Part shown: one piece after another, positions 55,275-61,970 of the stretch
Layout of the letters: the number at the start of each line of letters is the position of its first letter
Position numbering within the stretch: the stretch's first letter is position 1
From: Clostridiales bacterium
Lineage (GTDB): Bacteria > Bacillota > Clostridia > Christensenellales > Pumilibacteraceae
DNA: 64,000 nt
NCBI GenBank assembly: GCA_022511445.1
Contig: JAFLVE010000012.1
Location: forward strand, 26,514 to 90,513
Direction of reading: 5' to 3'
Program-made: the position numbers and the translations under genes
The notes under the pieces: generated by a model
Seen by the model: the letters and a program-made list of their open reading frames with translations, nothing else
What the model was told of the DNA's origin: nothing
Database searches by the model: none

Positions 55275-56598
55275 AAAAATACGTTCCTACGTAAAGCGGC
55301 TATTGCTCTCCCGTATGCGGATTCTGTGCGACCACGGCTTTTACGGTCTGCTTCTTATGCACATGAACTTCGCTATCGACGAAAACTGCGACACCGCGGC
55401 GACCGACGGAGTAAAAATTTACTTCGGACCCGAGTTCCTCGACGACTTGTCCGACGGCGAGCTCGATTTTGTAATGATGCACGAAATTATGCACGTAGTG
55501 CTTCAGCACTGTCTGCGCGGCGGGGAAAGAGACCGAGAGCAGTTTAACATAGCGTGCGATATCGTCGTAAACTCCAATATCCTACTTTCAAACAACAACG
55601 ATATATCGAGTATAGAGCTTAAAAAGTACGGCGTCGCAATGCACGTTGCGCCTAACGGAAAGGAAGGGCACAACTACACCGCCGAGGAGGTTTACGCAAT
55701 GCTCCCGCAAGACAGCGCGGCGCAAGCCGGCGGAAACAGCGGCAGTCGCGGTAAAACCGGCGGCGACGGCGGAAAAGGGAAAGACAGAAGCGGCAACGGC
55801 GGTAAAGGTAACGGCAAAAAAAGCGACGGCGGCACGGGAAGTAACGGCGGCGGAAAGGTAAATGGCGGCGGAGGCGAGATTGACGGCGCGCAATGGGACG
55901 ACCATTCGCGCTGGGGGAGTGTGGACGACGACGGGCTTCTTAAGGATTTATGGATTAAGAGGTTTTCGGACGCGCTCGAGTCGATGCGGGTGCGCGACCC
56001 CTCCAACGAGAGGGGGACTATTCCCGCGTTTGCGAAACGGCTTTTGGAGGAACTAGTAAAGCCGCAGACCGATTGGCGCACTATACTTAACGAGTTTGTT
56101 CAAGAGGAGATTACCGACTATTCGTTTTCTCCGCCCGACAGGAGATACGACGGACCGTTTATGCTTCCCGATTTTAACGAAAAGGAAGATACGGTCGAGG
56201 ATATTCTGTTTATGATAGACACCTCGGGGTCGATGTCGGACGGCATGATAACGGCGGCGTTCTCGGAGGTAAAGGGGGCTATCGAGCAGTTTAACGGCAG
56301 GCTTAAAGGTTGGCTCGGATTTTTCGACGCGGCTATAATCGAGCCGACTCCCTTTGAGAACGTGGAGGAGTTCGAGGTTATTAAGCCGGCGGGCGGCGGG
56401 GGTACCGACTTCGGGATAATATTCAAGTACGTGGAAAAATTTATGGAAGACTCTCTTCCCGCAAGCATAATCATTCTTACCGACGGCTACGCGCCTTTCC
56501 CGCCCGAAGTCAGTGCGCACGGCATTCCCGTGCTGTGGCTGTTAAACAACACGGACGTAACCCCGCCCTGGGGCAAAACGGCGATGATTACGGTGTAG
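55258..56598 (+). CDS. Zn-metallopeptidase-like (HExxH) plus vWA (MIDAS) protein, DUF2201-type, with G/K/N-rich linker
   Basis: VMMHEIMHVVLQH, then the linker GGNSGSRGKTGGDGGKGKDRSGNGGKGNGKK, then FMIDTSGSM (DxSxS MIDAS). 17-nt overlap with the MoxR gene. Confidence 0.85.
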   Translation: MALSDEKIRSYVKRLLLSRMRILCDHGFYGLLLMHMNFAIDENCDTAATDGVKIYFGPEFLDDLSDGELDFVMMHEIMHVVLQHCLRGGERDREQFNIACDIVVNSNILLSNNNDISSIELKKYGVAMHVAPNGKEGHNYTAEEVYAMLPQDSAAQAGGNSGSRGKTGGDGGKGKDRSGNGGKGNGKKSDGGTGSNGGGKVNGGGGEIDGAQWDDHSRWGSVDDDGLLKDLWIKRFSDALESMRVRDPSNERGTIPAFAKRLLEELVKPQTDWRTILNEFVQEEITDYSFSPPDRRYDGPFMLPDFNEKEDTVEDILFMIDTSGSMSDGMITAAFSEVKGAIEQFNGRLKGWLGFFDAAIIEPTPFENVEEFEVIKPAGGGGTDFGIIFKYVEKFMEDSLPASIIILTDGYAPFPPEVSAHGIPVLWLLNNTDVTPPWGKTAMITV

Positions 56599-56603
56599 GA
56601 ATA

Positions 56604-56632
56604 TTGACTTTTCGTACCGTTTTAGGTACAAT
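56604..56632 (+). promoter_or_regulatory. sigma-A-type promoter (TTGACT-17-TACAAT) for the WYL regulator
   Basis: Begins 6 nt after the vWA stop codon and lies 37 nt before the WYL gene start. Confidence 0.55.
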
Positions 56633-56668
56633 GATAAAAAAGAAGAGAGATTTATAAAGGAGAAAATT

Positions 56669-57652
56669 ATGGCGGATTTCGAACCTAAAAAGAACGCACT
56701 GTTACACATATTGCAGATTTTTCAAAAGTACAGCGACTGCGATCATCTTTTGACGCAGGACGATATACTCCGCTATCTTTCGCGCGACTACGGCATAGAG
56801 CTCGAGCGTAAGGCGGTGGGGCGAAACATTTCGTACCTTAAGGAAGCGGGCGTGGAGATAGAGTCGAGCAAAGCGGGAAGCTATCTTTCCTACCGCGATT
56901 TTGACGACAGCGAGCTCCGCCTTCTTGTAGACGGCGTGCTTGCAAGCAGGTACATAACGGCGAAGCATTCCAAGGCGTTAATCGAAAAGCTTTGCAATCT
57001 TTCCAACGTATATTTCCGCTCGCACGTTAAAAACGTGTGCTCTGTCGATCAGTGGAGCAAGTCGGACAACAGCCAGTTTTTTCTTAACATTTCGCTTGTC
57101 GACGAGGCGATAGAATCCGCCAAGCAGATTTCGTTTACCTATAACAGATACGGCACGGACAAGCGGCTTCATAAAGGCGGGACGCACACGGTAAGCCCGT
57201 ACCAGCTTATACTGCACAATCAGCGTTACTATCTTATGGCGTACCACGAGGGGAGGAAGCACATGAGCTATTTCCGCCTCGACAAAATAACCAACATCAA
57301 AATTTCGGAAACGCCCGCAACCGATCTCCGTTCCGTCGAGGGGTATCAAGGCGGGATTGACTATAAGCGGTTTTCCTCCGCGCTCCCGTACATGTTTTCG
57401 GACGAGCCGGAGTTAATCACGTTTTCGATAGACGGCGATTGGATGATAGACCAAATAGTCGATTGGTTCGGCTTCGACTTCAGGATAGAGGACAAGGACG
57501 GGAAAAAGACGGTAACCGTAAAGGCGAGCCCGCTCGCAATGGAGTATTGGGCTATGCAGTACCTTAACAACGTCGAGGTGCTTTTCCCCTTATCACTTCG
57601 CGAAAAGATTATAAGCAATCTTTCCAACGCCGCGGAAAGGTACAAAAAGTAA
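56669..57652 (+). CDS. wHTH-WYL-WCX transcriptional regulator
   Basis: N-terminal winged HTH (LLHILQIFQKYSD...ILRYLSRDYGIELERKAVGRNISYL). WYL core ISFTYNRYG...VSPYQLILHNQRYYLMAY...YFRLDKI. Confidence 0.85.
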   Translation: MADFEPKKNALLHILQIFQKYSDCDHLLTQDDILRYLSRDYGIELERKAVGRNISYLKEAGVEIESSKAGSYLSYRDFDDSELRLLVDGVLASRYITAKHSKALIEKLCNLSNVYFRSHVKNVCSVDQWSKSDNSQFFLNISLVDEAIESAKQISFTYNRYGTDKRLHKGGTHTVSPYQLILHNQRYYLMAYHEGRKHMSYFRLDKITNIKISETPATDLRSVEGYQGGIDYKRFSSALPYMFSDEPELITFSIDGDWMIDQIVDWFGFDFRIEDKDGKKTVTVKASPLAMEYWAMQYLNNVEVLFPLSLREKIISNLSNAAERYKK

Positions 57653-57659
57653 AAAAGTG

Positions 57660-57688
57660 TTTACTTTTTTAAGATACCGTGTTAAAAT
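57660..57688 (+). promoter_or_regulatory. possible promoter (TTTACT-17-TGtTAAAAT)
   Basis: Extended -10 with a weak -35, 13 nt before the ATG at 57701. Confidence 0.4.
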
Positions 57689-57700
57689 ATTAATCGCATC

Positions 57701-59536
57701 ATGAACACCGAAGACATATTGCTCGAGCCACTTTCGGCATACGAAGCTCATTACGGAAAAACGTTTTCCGATAACGCGACGGAGCACTTCGACGGGCTTG
57801 TCGCGCGCTCCGGCATAAGCGTGGAGGAAAACCGCGCCACCGTTCGCGAGTACAATACGGAAAGGGCGCACGTAAGCGCAACGGAAAGCTCTATTTCCTC
57901 CAAAAAGGCGCTTCGCGTGTTTTTGATAGTCGTTTGCGTGGTGTGTTTCGTCGCGGCGGCGGTTGGGATTGCCGCGCTAGTTACGAAAAACACGATTGCG
58001 GGGATAATAATGCTTGCCGCGGGAATACCCGTCGGCGCGGGCATGATTCTCATTATAAAGCTTGTCATTGCGCCCAAGATCAGCGCGCTTGGAAAAATCC
58101 TCGACGAAAGGCGTCAAAAGGCTGACAAAATACTGTCTCGGGCTTGGGAGCAGATGCGCCCGCTTAACGACCTTTTCGAGAGCAATACGACAAAAATGCT
58201 TATCGAAAAGACGGTGCCGATTATAAAAGTCGACGACATTTTTTCCATGCGGCGTTACGACTACCTGCGGGGCAAGTACGGCTTCGGCGAAAAAACCGAC
58301 CCCCGCCGCTCCACAACCGCGCTTGTTTCGGGCGAGATTATAGGCAATCCGTTCGTCATAGAAAGGGAGCTTGTCCAGACGATTATAAACAAAACGTACA
58401 CGGGCTCGATTGTAATTCATTGGACGGAAACTCATACCGACTCGGACGGTCACACTCACACCGTATCGCACAGCCAAACGCTTACGGCAAGCGTGACTAA
58501 GCCGGCGCCCGACTACAACGAGTACACGCGACTTATCTACGGCAACGACGCCGCGCCCGACCTCGTGTTCTCGCACGAGCCGACTCACGCGGAACGGTGG
58601 TCCGAAAAGGAGCTCGAGCGCAAGGTCAATTCGGGATTAAAGGACATTCGGAAACAGCAGAAAAAGGCGCTCGAAAAGGGCGGCGCCACGTTTACCGAGA
58701 TGGGCAACGCCGAGTTCGACGTTTTGTTCAACGCCTTCGACCGCAACAACGAGGTGCAGTTCAGGCTTCTGTTTACGCCGCTCGCGCAAAAGAACATGCT
58801 TGCCTTAATGAAAGACAAAAACCATTTCGGCGACGACTTTTATTTCGATAAGCGCGGGTGCTTAAACTACATAATGAGCGAGCACGCGGCAAGATGCGAC
58901 CTCGACGCCGATTACAGGCGCTATTATTCGTACGACGTAGACGAGGCGCAAAAAAAGTTTATGGACTTTAACACTTCGTTCTTTAAAAACATATACTTCG
59001 ATTTTGCGCCGCTCCTTTCCATTCCGCTGTATCAGCAGCACAAGCCGCAGGAATACAAATATAGAGACAACTACGAGCGTAACTACACAAGCTACGAGAC
59101 CGAATGTGCGGTAAACCGTTTGGGCGAAAAGGCGTTTGCGCCGGACGACAGCGCGACCCGCTCCATACTTAAAACAAGCTTTATGTTTAAGGACGGTCAG
59201 TCCGACGCGGTGGAGGTTACGGCGTACGCTTTCCGTTCGGAGCGGCGGGTGGATTACATCAGCACGCTCGGCGGCGACGGGTTTTTCCACGACGTGCCGG
59301 TGTACTGGGACGAGTACATTCCCGTAGAAAGGCGCAGTACCGTAAAAATCAAAGGCCTCGGTATCGAGGACAGCGAGTTTGCGCGCGCCTCCGCCGTCGG
59401 CGGACCGCTTGAAAATATTATGGCGTCGCTTCCGGTCCGCGCCTACGGAAAAGGCTTACTGTGCTGTTTGACCGAGCCCGACGCGCCGTTTGATTCGCTG
59501 TTTTCGGGACTTAACTTAACGGAAAAAACCCAATAA
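57701..59536 (+). CDS. two-TM hypothetical protein (possibly DUF3137-like LemA partner)
   Basis: TM helices VFLIVVCVVCFVAAAVGIAALV and IAGIIMLAAGIPVGAGMILIIKLVIA, followed by a ~480-aa soluble region with no motif I recognise. Confidence 0.7.
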   Translation: MNTEDILLEPLSAYEAHYGKTFSDNATEHFDGLVARSGISVEENRATVREYNTERAHVSATESSISSKKALRVFLIVVCVVCFVAAAVGIAALVTKNTIAGIIMLAAGIPVGAGMILIIKLVIAPKISALGKILDERRQKADKILSRAWEQMRPLNDLFESNTTKMLIEKTVPIIKVDDIFSMRRYDYLRGKYGFGEKTDPRRSTTALVSGEIIGNPFVIERELVQTIINKTYTGSIVIHWTETHTDSDGHTHTVSHSQTLTASVTKPAPDYNEYTRLIYGNDAAPDLVFSHEPTHAERWSEKELERKVNSGLKDIRKQQKKALEKGGATFTEMGNAEFDVLFNAFDRNNEVQFRLLFTPLAQKNMLALMKDKNHFGDDFYFDKRGCLNYIMSEHAARCDLDADYRRYYSYDVDEAQKKFMDFNTSFFKNIYFDFAPLLSIPLYQQHKPQEYKYRDNYERNYTSYETECAVNRLGEKAFAPDDSATRSILKTSFMFKDGQSDAVEVTAYAFRSERRVDYISTLGGDGFFHDVPVYWDEYIPVERRSTVKIKGLGIEDSEFARASAVGGPLENIMASLPVRAYGKGLLCCLTEPDAPFDSLFSGLNLTEKTQ

Positions 59537-59550
59537 AGGAGAAAAATATT

Positions 59551-60222
59551 ATGGCAAACGAACTCGACGAAATGAACGGGCCCGTTCTCGAACAGGGCAA
59601 CGACGTTCACGTCATTGCAAAAAAGCTGCCCGTAACGCTTACGGCGGGCTCCAAGGTCTTTGACGTTATCTGGTGGTTTCTGCCCCCTCTTATCGGCGGA
59701 ATCATTTGGTGGGTAATGAAGACCAAGGCAAGAAGCTACCTTCAGCAATTACAGCAAAAGCTTCAGCACGACGCGTCGCAAATCGACAACTACCTCGAGC
59801 AGCGCGTTCAAATCCTTAAAAACTGCGCTCGGCTTGTGGATAAAGCGATCGACCTCGATAAGGACACGTTTGAAAAGATTGCATTGTACCGCTCGGGCAA
59901 CTCCGCAGACGGCGACGCGGCGCGGAACGAGTACGCCACCAAGATAGACGAGGTGGGGCGCTCCATCAACATCGCCGTGGAGAGTTATCCCGACCTCAAA
60001 GCGCACCAAGAGCTTGCCGAGGCCATGCAGCAAAACGCATACCTCCAGCGCGAGATAACCGCCGCGCGCGAGGTTTATAACGACACGGTAAACGTTTGGA
60101 ACCGCGAAATCTTCGCATGGCCGACCAAAGCGATAGTCGCCGCCAAAGCGGGGTACACGACGCGCATTCCGTTTATCGCCGACAAGGAAACAAGGGAAGC
60201 CGCGCGCGGGACCTTCTTCTAA
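59551..60222 (+). CDS. lemA: LemA-family membrane protein
   Basis: One TM helix, then ...ESYPDLKAHQELAEAMQQNAYLQREITAAREVYNDTVNVWNREIFAWP, the LemA signature. Confidence 0.9.
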   Translation: MANELDEMNGPVLEQGNDVHVIAKKLPVTLTAGSKVFDVIWWFLPPLIGGIIWWVMKTKARSYLQQLQQKLQHDASQIDNYLEQRVQILKNCARLVDKAIDLDKDTFEKIALYRSGNSADGDAARNEYATKIDEVGRSINIAVESYPDLKAHQELAEAMQQNAYLQREITAAREVYNDTVNVWNREIFAWPTKAIVAAKAGYTTRIPFIADKETREAARGTFF

Positions 60223-60242
60223 ACCGAAAAAAGGATAATACT

Positions 60243-60632
60243 ATGAGTAGTTCACGTAAGACGATTGCGTTAATCGCGCACGACAACAAAAAAGCGGAAA
60301 TGGTCGGTTGGGCGCTTCGCAACAAGGAAACGCTTAAAAAATTCGATTTGTGCGGAACGGGCACCACGGCGGGGCTTGTCGCCGAGGCGACGGGGCTGCC
60401 CGTCAAAAAATACCTTTCCGGTCCGCTCGGCGGCGACCAGCAGATAGGCGCGAAGATAGCCGAAAAGAAGATAGATATCGTCATATTCTTTTGGGACCCG
60501 CTGTCCGCCCAGCCGCACGACCCCGACGTAAAGGCGCTTCTGCGCATCGCGGTTGTGTACGATATCCCCATTGCTACAAACAAAGCCACGGCAAACTGCG
60601 TAATCGCCTCGGGCGGATATTGCGCCGAGTAA
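60243..60632 (+). CDS. mgsA: methylglyoxal synthase
   Basis: IALIAHDNKK...CGTGTTAG...GPLGGDQQIGA...FFWDPL..QPHDPDVKALLR. ATG at 60243. Confidence 0.9.
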   Translation: MSSSRKTIALIAHDNKKAEMVGWALRNKETLKKFDLCGTGTTAGLVAEATGLPVKKYLSGPLGGDQQIGAKIAEKKIDIVIFFWDPLSAQPHDPDVKALLRIAVVYDIPIATNKATANCVIASGGYCAE

Positions 60633-60679
60633 AAAGACAAATGTAAGGCGGCCATTTTATGTCTGCCTTGTTCTCGTCG

Positions 60680-60789
60680 TAAAATTGCCGTTGCAAGCAG
60701 AATTATTCTTCAAATAATATCGCCTAACTTAAGTATGTTTGTAAAACACAACCCACCATACCTCGCTTACGAAGTACGGTGGGTTTTTG
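60680..60789 (+). repeat. partial copy of the hairpin-repeat family ending in a terminator hairpin
   Basis: cgttgcaagcagaattattcttc and cgcctaacttaagtatgtttg resemble modules at 39.2-39.35 kb. The copy ends in CCCACCATACctcgcttacgaaGTACGGTGGGttttt (60752-60788). Confidence 0.5.
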
Positions 60790-60871
60790 ATTTATCCTCT
60801 ACTGCGTGTAGGCGAAAATCGTATATAATGTAAAGATTTTGTAAGAATAGTGTGTAGTTTTATGCATAAGT

Positions 60872-60900
60872 TTGACAAATTATGTCGGGTTTTGTACTAT
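60872..60900 (+). promoter_or_regulatory. sigma-A-type promoter (TTGACA-17-TACTAT)
   Basis: Consensus -35 with 17-nt spacing, 38 nt before the ATG at 60939. Confidence 0.5.
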
Positions 60901-60938
60901 TAACATAGACAAGTATATTTAAAAGAGCGCTGTGAATT

Positions 60939-61970
60939 ATGTCATTTAAACTAAAGACGCTGTTCATGAAGTCGATAATAGCAAAGAAACAAAGGAAGAA
61001 TCCCTTCGATTACGAAGCGGGCGAAAGCTTCGTGTTAGACGAAAACGCAGACCCCACGCTTAACAACAGCTATTATTTTTCGGCGCACGGCGCGGAAAGC
61101 GGGCAGAGCCTTTACTGTCGGTTGGGCGTAAGAAGCTGTCACAGCGAGGTGTGGTTTTACTATTCCGACGGGCTTAACCGTTACGCGCTAAAGGAAATGC
61201 TTTATAAAGACAATCCGCCCCTTAAGGTACGTAAGACGGATAGCGGGTGGAAAGTGGAGTACAGCGGCGTTTTAACGCGCGGCGACGGACAAAAGATAAC
61301 GGCGGAATTTAACGGCGATTACACTTCTTCCGAAAGCGCGGTAGACTTTTTCAGCCACATGCCGGCAGTCCGCACCGCAAAAGCGATGGCGGGCGAAAAG
61401 TGGACCAAGCAATTTTTCGCCGAGGTGCAAAACAACAATCAAGTGCACTACGAGCAGACGGGACGCCTCGTCGGTAATCTCACGCTCGGCGGTGAGGCAG
61501 TAAAAATCGATCTGCCGTGCGTGCGCGATCATTCGTTCGGTAAGCGCGATTGGAACTATATGAACAATCATCTTTGGCTGATGGCGGTAAACGAAACGAG
61601 TCAGCTCAATTTTTCCATGGTGTCCTATCCCGCAATGAGTATTCTCGAGGTGGGTAATTTCAAGTCGGAAAACCGCCCCATGGCGTACATGCTCGAGGCG
61701 GACTACGATCGTGCGGCGGTAGCCTGCGGCGCCGCGCCCGATAACTTGGGGCTTAAAATCACCCTCGACGACAAGCGCACTCTCGATATTAACGTTACCA
61801 AGTCGGACGAGGACAGTTACGTCTTTCAGGACGGCGACTACACGCTTATCGAGGGCGTTGCGGACTTTACCGTAAACGGCGAAAAGTACAGAGGCATACT
61901 CGAAGTCGGGTTCAATAAGGACGGGGCTCGAATCTATAACGGAAGGGAAATACGGGAATTAAAGGTATGA
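60939..61970 (+). CDS. hypothetical beta-rich protein
   Basis: 343 aa with no motif recognised. Its stop codon overlaps the start of the next gene (ATGA at 61967-61970). Confidence 0.65.
   Translation: MSFKLKTLFMKSIIAKKQRKNPFDYEAGESFVLDENADPTLNNSYYFSAHGAESGQSLYCRLGVRSCHSEVWFYYSDGLNRYALKEMLYKDNPPLKVRKTDSGWKVEYSGVLTRGDGQKITAEFNGDYTSSESAVDFFSHMPAVRTAKAMAGEKWTKQFFAEVQNNNQVHYEQTGRLVGNLTLGGEAVKIDLPCVRDHSFGKRDWNYMNNHLWLMAVNETSQLNFSMVSYPAMSILEVGNFKSENRPMAYMLEADYDRAAVACGAAPDNLGLKITLDDKRTLDINVTKSDEDSYVFQDGDYTLIEGVADFTVNGEKYRGILEVGFNKDGARIYNGREIRELKV

Noticed and set aside
55588-56081. Overlapping ORFs on both strands in the G/K/N-rich linker region of the vWA protein
   Set aside because: This is a low-complexity GGC/AAA-rich coding region that stays open in several frames. 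Only the long plus-strand frame joins the HExxH and MIDAS domains.
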